Positions 13,372 to 23,634 of a stretch of DNA of 64,000 nt are shown piece after piece (position 1 is the stretch's first letter; each line of letters starts with the position of its first letter). The notes under the pieces were generated by a model that was given only the letters and a program-made list of their open reading frames with translations, ran no database searches and was not told the origin of the DNA. Origin of the DNA: a bacterium. Lineage in GTDB: Bacteria; UBA8248. The stretch covers positions 3,104,001 to 3,168,000 of the forward strand of contig OZ242260.1 in the NCBI GenBank assembly GCA_965207065.1. The letters are read 5' to 3'. Both the position numbers and the translations under genes were made by a program.

Positions 13372-15414
13372 ATGACGAAATTCTCGACAGAGAAAGAGCG
13401 GTTCTCCGGCATGAGCATCTCCGAACAATCGATTCACACTATACGCACACTTTCGATGGATGCGGTGCAAGAGGCGAACAGTGGCCATCCGGGTACGCCA
13501 ATGGCTCTGGCGCCGCTGGCGTATGAGTTGTGGATGAACCACCTGCGCTATAATCCCCGAAATCCAGACTGGTTTGATCGGGACCGCTTCGTGCTTTCTT
13601 GTGGTCATGCCTCCATGCTTCTTTACGCGATTCTCCATCTGAGCGGCTATGAGCTTCCTCTCCATGAGATTGTCCGTTTTCGTCAATGGGGGAGCAAGAC
13701 GCCAGGGCATCCCGAATACGGGCTTACGCCGGGTGTCGAGACTACGACAGGCCCATTGGGACAGGGGTTCATGAATGCACTGGGCATGGCGATGGCGGAG
13801 GCGCATTTGGCGAGCGTTTTCAATCAGCCAGGCCACTCGGTAGTGGACCACCGTACGTACGTGTTCATGAGCGACGGCGATATCATGGAAGGCGCCTCCC
13901 ATGAAGCAGCATCCCTCGCTGGACATCTGGGTCTTGGTAAATTGATTTGTGTGTATGACGATAACCGCATCACCATCGATGGCGAAACGTCGTTAAGTTA
14001 TTCCGATGACGTAGTGAAGCGCTTCGAGGGGTACAACTGGCATGTACAAAATCTGGGTGATAAGGCGGAGGATTTAACCAAAATATCCAGTGTGCTCAAT
14101 CTGGCGAAGGCGGAGGCTGAGCGTCCGTCTTTGATCGTCGTTCGCTCGCACATTGGGTATGGCTCGCCTCGATATCAGGATACCGCGCGCGCGCATGGCG
14201 CTCCCTTGGGGCATGAAGAAATCGAGGCTACAAAAAGGAACTATGGCTGGCCTGAGAGTGAAACGTTTTTGGTGCCGGATGAGGTATCCACCCACATGGG
14301 AGAGGTGGTTTCCCGCGGCGCGGCGCTCGAAGAGGATTGGAATCGCCGTTTTGCGAAATATGAATCGGAGAATCCGGAACTGGCCGCGAAGTTTCAGGCA
14401 GCACTTGGAGGTGAGCCGCCAGCCGGTTGGGAGAAGCGTATTCCCCGGTTCCAGGCAGACGATGGGGCGCTCGCTACGCGGGCGGCATCTGGCAAAGTAT
14501 TGAATGAAATCGCCTCCGCCATCCCCTGGCTGATTGGCGGAAGCGCGGACTTGGCGGCTTCGAACAACTCGCTCATCAAAAAATCGGGAAATTTCGCCCG
14601 GGGAGACTACGTCAGTCGCAACATCAACTGGGGGATCAGGGAACACGTCATGGGGGCCGCCAGTTCGGGGATGGTCCTGCATGGAGGTGTTCGTCCGTAT
14701 GCGGCCACTTTTTTCACATTCACCGATTATGCCCGCCCGGCGATACGCCTGGCGGCGCTGATGGAATTGCCCGTCATTTATGTGATGACGCACGACTCTA
14801 TTGGCCTGGGCGAGGATGGCCCCACTCACCAGCCGGTTGAGCACCTCGCATCGCTTCGCGCCATGCCGGGCCTCACCATTATTCGTCCATGCGACGCGAA
14901 CGAAACCGCTGTCGCTTGGCGAGTGGCGATCGAGCGTCTCGAAGGGCCGACCATGCTCGTGTTGACTCGCCAGGGCTTGCCTGTTCTGGAGCGGTCGGAG
15001 AAAAACGGAGCGGAGGCGCTGGCGCGGGGAGCCTATGTCATCTCACCCGAGAGCGGGAATTCCCCCCAAGCCGTATTGATTGCGACTGGCTCGGAGGTGA
15101 TTCTCGCGATGGAGGCGCAAAGCGCGTTGGCGGTAGATGGAATCGATGCCCGGGTTGTGAGTATGCCGAGTTGGGAACTTTTTCGGGAACAATCTTCTTC
15201 CTATCAGGACTCCGTTCTTCCGGCGGGAGTCAATGCCAAAGTGGCGATTGAGGCGGGCGCCTCCATGGGCTGGCGCGAGTGGGTAGGAGATAGTGGCGCC
15301 GTGATTGGAATTGATCGTTTTGGGGCGAGCGCGCCGTACAAGGAGATTTACGCCCATTTCGGCCTCACGCCGGAGAACGTCGCCGCGCAGACGAAGCGCA
15401 TTCTCGGCGCGTGA
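13372..15414 (+). CDS. tkt: Transketolase
   Basis: [46 protein letters not shown]; start may be 13411. Confidence 0.97.
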   Translation: MTKFSTEKERFSGMSISEQSIHTIRTLSMDAVQEANSGHPGTPMALAPLAYELWMNHLRYNPRNPDWFDRDRFVLSCGHASMLLYAILHLSGYELPLHEIVRFRQWGSKTPGHPEYGLTPGVETTTGPLGQGFMNALGMAMAEAHLASVFNQPGHSVVDHRTYVFMSDGDIMEGASHEAASLAGHLGLGKLICVYDDNRITIDGETSLSYSDDVVKRFEGYNWHVQNLGDKAEDLTKISSVLNLAKAEAERPSLIVVRSHIGYGSPRYQDTARAHGAPLGHEEIEATKRNYGWPESETFLVPDEVSTHMGEVVSRGAALEEDWNRRFAKYESENPELAAKFQAALGGEPPAGWEKRIPRFQADDGALATRAASGKVLNEIASAIPWLIGGSADLAASNNSLIKKSGNFARGDYVSRNINWGIREHVMGAASSGMVLHGGVRPYAATFFTFTDYARPAIRLAALMELPVIYVMTHDSIGLGEDGPTHQPVEHLASLRAMPGLTIIRPCDANETAVAWRVAIERLEGPTMLVLTRQGLPVLERSEKNGAEALARGAYVISPESGNSPQAVLIATGSEVILAMEAQSALAVDGIDARVVSMPSWELFREQSSSYQDSVLPAGVNAKVAIEAGASMGWREWVGDSGAVIGIDRFGASAPYKEIYAHFGLTPENVAAQTKRILGA

Positions 15415-16169
15415 TATCCACCCCCTGCCGCATGAGAAATATGCCGAATCCCTGAAATACCCGAAAACCAACAGATTATTCCCCTGTATTTGTGGCGAAA
15501 TCCCTTTCACCATCCTGAATGGACGCGAATTTATCCCGTAATTCCCCTTGAGACGCCGTCCGTATTTCCCCGCGGATGCCCGCATTTGCCGTTGCGCCGC
15601 TCCTCCCTGAGACGTGTATCCTCACGATTGTTTCCGGCGGCGGGGGAGTTGCGCCACCGCGCAGAGCAAAAAATTTATTGAAATACCTCGTGAATTTATC
15701 GGATTTTATTTGAATTTATCGAATTTTTCGGAAATTCCCCCGCTCGAATAGGGCGCGAATCGCTCCGGTTCAGGCATGAACACCCGGCTTCCTTGGAAAG
15801 CGCCGCCTTTTCCGATTCAGCCCACTCGTCCGGCCCGAGCCCGGATTCTCCGTAAATCGGACCGAAACCGTATATAGCGTTGGTATAAAAACAAGGAATT
15901 TATAACCAACAACATATGGCCTGCATCGCAGGTCGGCCCCTAGGATGAAGATAGCAAAATCCAAATAGGGGATTGACCACGATGATTCGCGTTCAAATCG
16001 CATCCACGCTGTGCCTGCCGGGTAGAGCCGTGCCCGTTCCGCTCTCTTTGGGCGACGGCGCCCAGGCAGACGACCGCGATGAATGTCGGCGCGGTTTTCG
16101 GAGCGGCTTCATCAGAATCCCGGTTGATTCATCCGGTCCTGGTTGATCACGATGCGCGGAGCAAAACCA

Positions 16170-19016
16170 ATGGCAAGAACAATTCTCTCTGAAATTTCAC
16201 TTTTGGCCATATTATTTTACTTCGTCTTGGCTTTCGGCGTAATGGACAAAGACGTCGCGTTCGCTGGTAAATGGGGAGACGAGTTTTCCAGCACCATCCA
16301 TTCCACCGACCATCCGGATCCGATAACAGGTATCTTCGGAGCCAAAAGAGAGACCAGTACAAAGGATAGTCTCCAAAGTATCATCGTTGCTTTTGGAGTT
16401 CAGGCCATGTCGGATGACGACGACGATGGTGACGATGACGACGGTGACAACGACAGCGATGACGATGACGACGATGAAAACAGGTCTATAGTCACAACTA
16501 CCAACAAGGAAAGCACCACGCCCATCAGTCAGCAAAGCACCACGTCCACCAGCACGCAAGATAGTGACGATGATGACGACGACAATGATGACAACGACAG
16601 CGATGATGACGACGATGATGGAAGCAGTTCGTCTACTTCGCCCACCAGCACGCAAGATAGTGACGATGATGACGACGACAATGATGACAACGACAGCGAT
16701 GATGACGACGATGATGGAAGCAGTTCGTCTACTTCGCCCACCAGCACGCAAGATAGTGACGATGATGACGACGACAATGATGACAACGACAACGATGATG
16801 ACGACGATGATGGAAGCAGTTCGTCCACTTCGTCCACCAGCACGCAAGATAGTGACGATGACGATGATGACGGCGATGACGACGACAACGACAGCGACGA
16901 CGATAACGACAATGATGACGATGATGATGGCAGAATCGGCAATTTGGTATCATCGGTTCGCAAAGGGTCCTTGTTGAAGGAAGTCAAGGCAAACCCGGCG
17001 CTGGCGAAGGGCGTTGCGGGGAACATCAAGCGGGCGGGGGGCGCGCGGCCTCTGGGGTCAACGCCCACGACCACGTCGGAGGAGACGAGCAGCACGACAC
17101 AATCGTCTTACCTCTCCGGCGGTCGCGCCTCGAAGACGAGCAGCACGACGCAATCGTCCTATATTTTCATCACGTCTTACCTCTCCGCCGATCCTGCCTC
17201 GAAGATGAGCAGCACGACGCAATCATCCTCTCTCTCCGGCGGTCGCGTCTCGGACCCCTCGTACTTCCTCGCCGAGCGTGACGCGAACGGGGACGTGCAG
17301 TTCACCTTCAAACGCAAAACCGGCTCCACAGTCTCGACCCTGAGCACGACGGATCTGGACGTATCGTCGAGAAGGGTGGACGATCTGGCGTCGGGCTGGA
17401 GTGGTGTCGAGACCCACAAGGATGCGACGAACGGCATTTTCAACTGGGACGCCTACGTCGACAGCCAGGGCAATGCGGACGCGGACTATCTCTCGCTGGG
17501 TACGTGGCTGTACATCTACAAGGACCCCGAAGACGGCAGCTTCACCGGATCGTACGATCTGGGCGTCGCCGCAGGTGGCAACGATCCCTTCGAGAACGAG
17601 AATCTCGCCGGACTTACGGGCGCGGCGACCTACAGCGGGCCCGCGACCGGTCTGTACATGATGAAGACGGATGCAGACGCGGATCCCGCATTCGATTACT
17701 TCGACGCGCGAGCGGATCTGGCGGTCGATTTTGGGGATGCGACTGCACTGGGAACCCTCTCGGGGTCGATTACGGGGGGCAGTACGGATGGAGGTGTGTC
17801 CCTGCCCGCGTTGACCCTGGGTTCCGCCGACATTACCGGTGCGGTCCTCGGGGGGAACTTCGATGGCGATACCAGCGGGGAGACGGTTGACGGCGTCACT
17901 CTCTCGGGCAAGTGGGGGGGTAAGTTCTTCGGAAACCGTGCCAGTTCGACGGGTCATCCCGGCTCAGTGGCGGGCACCTTCGGAGCTAACGCGGCGGACG
18001 GCCTCCAGAGCATCATCGGTGCCTTCGGGGCAAAACGTACACCTTCCCCGGTTCGCTACGGATCCTTGCTGAAGGAAGTCAATGAGAATCCGACCCTGGC
18101 TAGGGGTGCCGCAGTGCGCATCCTGAGGGCCGGGGGCGCGCGGCCTCTGGGGTATACGCCCGCCTCGGAGGAGATGAGCAGCACGACGCAATCATCCTCT
18201 CTCTCCGGCGGTCGCGCCTCGGACCCGTCGTACTTCCTCGCCGAGCGTGACGCGGACGGAGACCTGCAGTTCACCTTCAAGCGCAAAACCGGATCCACCG
18301 TCTCGACCTTGAGTACGACGGATCAGGACGTATCGTCGAGAGGGGTGGACGATCTGGCGTCGGGCTGGAGTGGTGTCGAGACCCACAGGGATGCGCCGGG
18401 CGGCATTTTCAACTGGGACGCCTACTCCGACAGCCAGGGAAATTCGGATGCGGACTATCTCTCGCTGGGTTCGTGGCTGTACATCTACAAGGACCCCGAA
18501 GACGAGAGTTTCACCGGCTCCTACGCCCTGGGCGTTGCGGCCGGCGGGAACGATCCTTTCGATAACGACAACCTCGCCGGGCTGACGGGCACGGCAAGCT
18601 ACAGGGGGCCTGCGACCGGCCTGCACATGATGAGGGCGGATACGAACGCGGACCCCGTATTCGACTATTTCGACGCGCGAGCGAATCTGAGTGTCGATTT
18701 TGGGGACGCGACCGCGCTGGGAACCGTCTCGGGGACGATAACCGGGGGCAGGACGGATAGAGGCGTGTCCCTGCCTGCGTTGACCCTGGATTCTGCGGAC
18801 ATCACCGGCAGCGCCCTCGGGGGGAACTTCGATGGCGACACCAGCGGCGTGACGGGCGATGGCAACGCGCTCTCGGGTAAATGGGGGGGTAAGTTCTTCG
18901 GAAACCGCGCCAATTCGGACGATCATCCCGGTTCGGTGGCGGGCGCCTTCGGGGCCAACACGGCGGACAACCTCCAGAGCATCATCGGCGCCTTCGGCGC
19001 CAAACGAACGCCGTAA
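16170..19016 (+). CDS. Secreted protein with poly-Asp tandem repeats and two TbpB-like (transferrin-binding-protein-like) beta-barrel domains
   Basis: Signal-peptide-like N-terminus with no Cys; Asp/Ser repeats; two near-identical domains with DYLSLGxW, GxAxYxGPATGL, VDFG, GKWGGKFFG, PGSVAGxFG, ending GAFGAKR. Confidence 0.75.
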   Translation: MARTILSEISLLAILFYFVLAFGVMDKDVAFAGKWGDEFSSTIHSTDHPDPITGIFGAKRETSTKDSLQSIIVAFGVQAMSDDDDDGDDDDGDNDSDDDDDDENRSIVTTTNKESTTPISQQSTTSTSTQDSDDDDDDNDDNDSDDDDDDGSSSSTSPTSTQDSDDDDDDNDDNDSDDDDDDGSSSSTSPTSTQDSDDDDDDNDDNDNDDDDDDGSSSSTSSTSTQDSDDDDDDGDDDDNDSDDDNDNDDDDDGRIGNLVSSVRKGSLLKEVKANPALAKGVAGNIKRAGGARPLGSTPTTTSEETSSTTQSSYLSGGRASKTSSTTQSSYIFITSYLSADPASKMSSTTQSSSLSGGRVSDPSYFLAERDANGDVQFTFKRKTGSTVSTLSTTDLDVSSRRVDDLASGWSGVETHKDATNGIFNWDAYVDSQGNADADYLSLGTWLYIYKDPEDGSFTGSYDLGVAAGGNDPFENENLAGLTGAATYSGPATGLYMMKTDADADPAFDYFDARADLAVDFGDATALGTLSGSITGGSTDGGVSLPALTLGSADITGAVLGGNFDGDTSGETVDGVTLSGKWGGKFFGNRASSTGHPGSVAGTFGANAADGLQSIIGAFGAKRTPSPVRYGSLLKEVNENPTLARGAAVRILRAGGARPLGYTPASEEMSSTTQSSSLSGGRASDPSYFLAERDADGDLQFTFKRKTGSTVSTLSTTDQDVSSRGVDDLASGWSGVETHRDAPGGIFNWDAYSDSQGNSDADYLSLGSWLYIYKDPEDESFTGSYALGVAAGGNDPFDNDNLAGLTGTASYRGPATGLHMMRADTNADPVFDYFDARANLSVDFGDATALGTVSGTITGGRTDRGVSLPALTLDSADITGSALGGNFDGDTSGVTGDGNALSGKWGGKFFGNRANSDDHPGSVAGAFGANTADNLQSIIGAFGAKRTP
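16545..16930 (+). repeat. In-frame 96-bp tandem repeat (32 aa, poly-Asp)
   Basis: Units start at 16545, 16641, 16737 and 16833; three near-identical units plus a diverged fourth. Confidence 0.95.
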
Positions 19017-19078
19017 ATTCGGATGCTCCTTCAGGAGGCCGAGCAGAAAATCCCTGGAGCTTTGTTGAGGAACGCTGA

Positions 19079-20446
19079 ATGAGCGCCAGGAAAGTTGTCG
19101 GGCATTTGCGTGAAAGGCTTTCCGAACCGATTGACATCGCTTCGCTGGTAATGGTCCGGATTTTTTTCGGGCTGATCATGCTGTGGGAAGTCGCGCGGTA
19201 TTTCAAGAAGGGCTGGATTCATAAATACTGGATCGCGCCGGATTTCCATTTTCACTACTTCGGGTTTGACTGGGTCGCGCCCTGGCCCGGCGACGGAATG
19301 TATTGGCATTTCCTGGGACTGGGTTTTCTGGCCCTGCTCATCACCATCGGCTTGTTTTATCGCGTGGCCGCCGCACTTTTCTTCGTCGGTTTCAGCTATA
19401 TCTTCCTGCTCGAGCAGGCGCGCTACCTGAACCACTTCTATCTCGTGTGCCTGGTGAGCTTCCTGATGGCGATCATTCCGGCGGACCGGGCCGTGTCGCT
19501 GGACGCGAAGCTCGGCTTCTGCGAGGGAGCGGATACCGTCCCCGCTTGGAGCCTGTGGATTCTGCGCTTCCAGGTGGGCGTCGTCTATTTCTACGGCGGC
19601 ATCGCCAAGCTGAATGCAGACTGGCTGGCCGGGGAGCCGCTTAGAAGCTGGCTGCACAAACGCATGGATTTTCCGTTGATCGGCCCCCTTTTCGGGCAGG
19701 AGCCGGTCGTCATGCTCATGAACTACGGCGCTCTGTTCTTCGACCTGCTCATTGTGCCGCTCCTGATGTGGAGAAGAACCAGGGGCGTGGCGTTCGCTGG
19801 CGTGCTGTTTTTCAACCTCACCAACGCCGTCATCTTTCACATCGGCATTTTCCCCTGGTTCGCCATTGCCCTCTCCACGGTGTTCTTCGCTCCCGACTGG
19901 CCTAGGCGATATCTGATCCTAGAAGAAAATGAGGCGGCGACACCACCCGGCCCAAGCCTTTGTTCCCGCGTCTTGCTCGCATTCCTCGCGGTTTATGTGT
20001 GCTGGCAACTGTTGTTGCCTCTGAGGCACTGGCTCTATCCCGGGAATGTGAACTGGACCGAAGAGGGGCATCTCTACGCCTGGCACATGAAGCTTCGCAG
20101 CAAATCCGGGCGGGCGAGATTCATCGTCACCGACAATGCGGGAAACGAGTATAAAATATCCCCCACCCGCTACATCAAAAAGTGGCAGGCGAGGAAAATG
20201 GCCGCCAGGCCGGACATGATTCATCAATTCGCCTACTATCTGGGCGATCGGTTGCGGGCGGAAGGAATGAGGGTGTCCTCGATCCGAGTCGACGCCAGGG
20301 TATCCCTGAACGGCCGGAGGCGGCAGCGCTTGATCGCCCCGGACGTCAACCTCTTGAATGAGCCGCGCTCGATTTGGCCGAAACATTGGATCAATCCCCT
20401 GGAGGTGCCTCTTCATGAGCGTCGCCGGAAGGGGAGGAAAAAATGA
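19079..20446 (+). CDS. HTTM-domain vitamin K-dependent gamma-carboxylase-like membrane protein
   Basis: FHFHYFGFDWV, YLNHFYL, VYFYGGIAKLNADWL, IGIFPW, WTEEGHLYAWHMKL, PDMIHQFA, SLNGR. Confidence 0.9.
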   Translation: MSARKVVGHLRERLSEPIDIASLVMVRIFFGLIMLWEVARYFKKGWIHKYWIAPDFHFHYFGFDWVAPWPGDGMYWHFLGLGFLALLITIGLFYRVAAALFFVGFSYIFLLEQARYLNHFYLVCLVSFLMAIIPADRAVSLDAKLGFCEGADTVPAWSLWILRFQVGVVYFYGGIAKLNADWLAGEPLRSWLHKRMDFPLIGPLFGQEPVVMLMNYGALFFDLLIVPLLMWRRTRGVAFAGVLFFNLTNAVIFHIGIFPWFAIALSTVFFAPDWPRRYLILEENEAATPPGPSLCSRVLLAFLAVYVCWQLLLPLRHWLYPGNVNWTEEGHLYAWHMKLRSKSGRARFIVTDNAGNEYKISPTRYIKKWQARKMAARPDMIHQFAYYLGDRLRAEGMRVSSIRVDARVSLNGRRRQRLIAPDVNLLNEPRSIWPKHWINPLEVPLHERRRKGRKK

Positions 20447-20648
20447 ATTCAGCCATGAATAGTTATAACCTTCAACAGGAGTCGGGATTGCTTCGCTCTC
20501 GTCGAAACGGTTCGGCCAGTTTGATCATTCCCATTACGGGTGGCGCTGGCTCAGTTCTCTTGATGAAATTCATGTTTCGTGGAAGTGAACGCTGGATTCG
20601 AAACGCTTTGGCAAGGAGAATTTGGATCTGGAACCGAAGGAGGCGGGC

Positions 20649-21083
20649 ATGACTTCACATAAGGCCGAACGCATTGAACCCGCCGATATATCCTCGCAGG
20701 ACGCTTTTCTTCTCTATGACGGCGAGTGCCCGTTTTGCAGCTTTTACGCGCGAAAATCGCGGTTCGAGACGCAAACGGGGCGGTCCTTGAAACTTATCGA
20801 CGCAAGCCGGGCGCCCGTGCTCGTCGATAAGCTGCGGCGCGAGGGATGCGACATCGAGGCGGGGATGATTCTCATCCTGGATGACCGGCGCTACCAGGGC
20901 GCGGCGGCGATGACCGCGCTCGAGGCGATGACGAGTGGAGACGACTGGTTTAACCGGCTCATGAGGTGGTTTTCTTCGAATCCACGACGCGCACGCATCC
21001 TCTACCCATGGCTCCGAATGCTGCGCCGTGCGGCCCTTTGGGTGAGGGGCAAAGGCAGGTTCACCATTTCCGGTCGGGACTGA
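20649..21083 (+). CDS. DCC1-like thiol-disulfide oxidoreductase (DUF393)
   Basis: LLYDGECPFC motif; AAGGAGG RBS before the ATG at 20649. Confidence 0.85.
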   Translation: MTSHKAERIEPADISSQDAFLLYDGECPFCSFYARKSRFETQTGRSLKLIDASRAPVLVDKLRREGCDIEAGMILILDDRRYQGAAAMTALEAMTSGDDWFNRLMRWFSSNPRRARILYPWLRMLRRAALWVRGKGRFTISGRD

Positions 21084-21121
21084 TTCGCCTCAGTCGGGCT
21101 TCCCGAGGGGAAACCCCATAA

Positions 21122-21272
21122 AAGCAACCCCCCCTACCCCCCCTTGTCAGGGGTCAAACGCGAGTGAGGAACGAGCGTTTGCATAAGCCATTGGCGGGAA
21201 ACGCATCGGTTTGCAATTCCTCCCTCCTCGGTCGGCATTGACCCCTGACAAGAGGGGGTAGGGGGGGTGCTT
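21122..21272. repeat. Intergenic inverted repeat pair (REP-like)
   Basis: Arm 21122-21157 (...ccctacccccccttgtcaggggtcaa) is nearly the reverse complement of arm 21238-21272; lies between convergent genes. Confidence 0.8.
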
Positions 21273-21487
21273 CTGACGAGGACTCTTTCATCGGGCATTC
21301 CCCTCGGGATGCCCGACCCCACTAGCGGAAGTGAATTGCTCTCTCGCCGGATGGTAAAAACTCTCAAGAGGGGAGTCGTTTCATAAGAATATGTTGATTG
21401 GAGAAGTCCATTGCCAGACAGGAAGGCATTCCAACAACTCCCCAGGGGGCGTTGTTCTCTGGTTTCGGCATGCCCACCGACTCGGAA

Positions 21488-22021
21488 TTACTCTCGTCCG
21501 GCGGGGTGAACCACGTCGGACGAAGAGTCTTCCAGGACGGGAGCCAGCAGGTGATGGATGATCTCGGCGACGAATTCGCCGCGCCCGTGCACGCCGGCCT
21601 TTGCGTAGAGAGCAGTGGCTTGCAGCCGCGTGGTGTTTTCCTTCACTTGGCGCAGTTCGGCGATTTCGGCGAAGCGGTAACCTTTGATAATCATCCACGC
21701 AATTTCTCTTTCACTGGGAGTCAGTTTCCACCCATCCATCTGTACTTCGATGCCGGCGGCAAGCTCGCCTGCGAGCGCCTTGTTTCGGGTCCTCTCCCGT
21801 TGAAGGCGCGTTCGCAAGTCGGCGAGATCACGCAAACTGATAATAAGGACCACCAATACGAAGAGGAATACAATTGCTTCGATAATAAAATGCGTGGAGG
21901 CGAACTCCCCCTCCAAAGCTGCGTCGGTGATGAGGTCGTAAACCAGAAATAACGCAGCCGGAAGTAGGATGCCGATTCTGAGAATTACTTGTGAATTGTA
22001 ATTTTTTAGTATGCTTCTCAC
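21488..22021 (-). CDS. Membrane-anchored LuxR-family transcriptional regulator
   Basis: Two N-terminal TM segments; LTPSEREIA...KG...EIAELR...LYAKAGV HTH. Confidence 0.85.
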   Translation of the reverse strand: MRSILKNYNSQVILRIGILLPAALFLVYDLITDAALEGEFASTHFIIEAIVFLFVLVVLIISLRDLADLRTRLQRERTRNKALAGELAAGIEVQMDGWKLTPSEREIAWMIIKGYRFAEIAELRQVKENTTRLQATALYAKAGVHGRGEFVAEIIHHLLAPVLEDSSSDVVHPAGRE

Positions 22022-22271
22022 ATCAGATTGTCCTGTTTGCGGACTTGACTTGCCCCGATTTTCGTTGTGTCGACAGATAAGAACTATATCAAAAGGATAA
22101 CTTTATTTCACAGCCGTTGAAAATGGATTGATTTATCGGAATTCACCCGCCCCCGGTGCGCGTCCGCGCCGACTCTCTTCTCTCGAATCGGGGTCGACGC
22201 TTTCATGTGGCGTTCTCCCGCCTCGTGGAGTAGAATTACTTCTTTATGCCGCACTGTCTGAGGAGTGAGAG

Positions 22272-23591
22272 ATGTCGAAAAAATATCGATTGTCCGGGTG
22301 GATGATATGGGCCGGCGCTCTGGCGCTGCTCGTCGCGGGGGTGGCGGTGGGCCCCGTCACGAATCCGGCGGCGAGCGAGACGAGCGCGTATTCGGAGCTG
22401 AGGGCCTTCAGCGAGGTCCTGAGCCTCGTCGAGGAGAACTACGTCAACAAGGTGGACGCCAAAAAACTGATTCGCGGCGCCATCCGCGGCATGCTTCGCA
22501 CGCTGGACCCCCATACGACTTATCTGAATCCCGAATTCTTCAAAGAGATGCAGGTGGAAACCACCGGCCGCTTCGGCGGTCTGGGGGTGGAGATTTCGAT
22601 CCGCGACGGCGTGCTGACGGTGGTGACGCCAATCGAGGATACCCCGGCGCACAAGGTCGGCGTGCAGGCGGGCGATCAAATCGTCTTCATCGAGAAAGAC
22701 CCGACGAAGGACATGCCGCTTCAGGAGGTCGTCAAGAAGCTTCGGGGCAAGCCCGGCACGAAGGTGAAGATCACCGTGAGGCGCAAAGATGTGAAAGAAC
22801 TGCTCGACTTCACCATCACGCGCCAGATCATCCGCATCAAGAGCGTGCGAAGCCGGATGCTGGCGGACGATATCGCCTATATACGGGTCCGCAGCTTCCA
22901 GAACGGCACGGGTCGGGAAGTCAAGGATGCGCTTTCCTCGCTCATGGGTGAGGGCGCCAGGGCCCTCGTGCTCGATTTGCGGAACAATCCCGGCGGTCTC
23001 CTCTCCCAGGCGGTTTCGGTGTCCGACGTTTTCCTGGAGGCGGGCAGCCTGATCGTCTACACCAAGGGCCGCATGACCGATCAGGAGCATCGCTTCACCT
23101 CCACGCACGAGGTGCCGGGCGGGAAGATTCCCATGGCGGTGCTCGTGAACGCGGGCAGCGCGAGTGCTTCGGAGATTGTGGCGGGCGCGCTCCAGGATCT
23201 GGGAAGGGCCAAGCTCATCGGCGTCAAGACGTTCGGTAAGGGCTCGGTGCAGACCGTCGTTCCGCTCTCGGACGGCTCGGGGCTCAGGCTGACCACAGCG
23301 CTTTATTTCACGCCCAAGGGAAGGCGCATCCAGGGCGAGGGAATCGAACCCGACATCGTCAGCGAGGTGGAGAGAAGCACCGGCGTCGCGCGCATGATGC
23401 GCGAGAAGGACCTGCCGGGGCATCTGCCGAGTGATGCGGAGAAAAAAGGGGAGGGCAAAGAAGACGCTCCGGGCGGTGAGCAAGCCGGCCAGTCTCAAAC
23501 CCCCGCCGAAGAAGAGAGAAAAGACACGCAACTCGAGCGCGCCGTCAAATACCTCAAGGATTCATTCTTGAGCAAGAAGATGGGCGCCTGA
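22272..23591 (+). CDS. ctpA: Carboxy-terminal processing protease, S41 family
   Basis: LDPHT, PDZ (GLGVEI), DLRNNPGGLL, SASASEIVAGALQD, TFGKGSVQ. Confidence 0.94.
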   Translation: MSKKYRLSGWMIWAGALALLVAGVAVGPVTNPAASETSAYSELRAFSEVLSLVEENYVNKVDAKKLIRGAIRGMLRTLDPHTTYLNPEFFKEMQVETTGRFGGLGVEISIRDGVLTVVTPIEDTPAHKVGVQAGDQIVFIEKDPTKDMPLQEVVKKLRGKPGTKVKITVRRKDVKELLDFTITRQIIRIKSVRSRMLADDIAYIRVRSFQNGTGREVKDALSSLMGEGARALVLDLRNNPGGLLSQAVSVSDVFLEAGSLIVYTKGRMTDQEHRFTSTHEVPGGKIPMAVLVNAGSASASEIVAGALQDLGRAKLIGVKTFGKGSVQTVVPLSDGSGLRLTTALYFTPKGRRIQGEGIEPDIVSEVERSTGVARMMREKDLPGHLPSDAEKKGEGKEDAPGGEQAGQSQTPAEEERKDTQLERAVKYLKDSFLSKKMGA

Positions 23592-23634
23592 TCGGCCACA
23601 TGCGGGCACGGCATCGCCATCTTGGATTCACACT

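Noticed and set aside
15740-16170. Fur box or riboswitch upstream of the TbpB-like gene
   Set aside because: No convincing GATAATGATAATCATTATC-like site or known riboswitch consensus was seen.
16545-16930. Periodic repeats as a possible CRISPR array
   Set aside because: The units are contiguous, in frame and have no unique spacers; no cas genes are present.
20443-20652. 69-aa ORF bridging the HTTM and DCC genes
   Set aside because: It has ATGA-type overlaps at both ends but no recognisable motif and atypical composition, so it is left uncalled.
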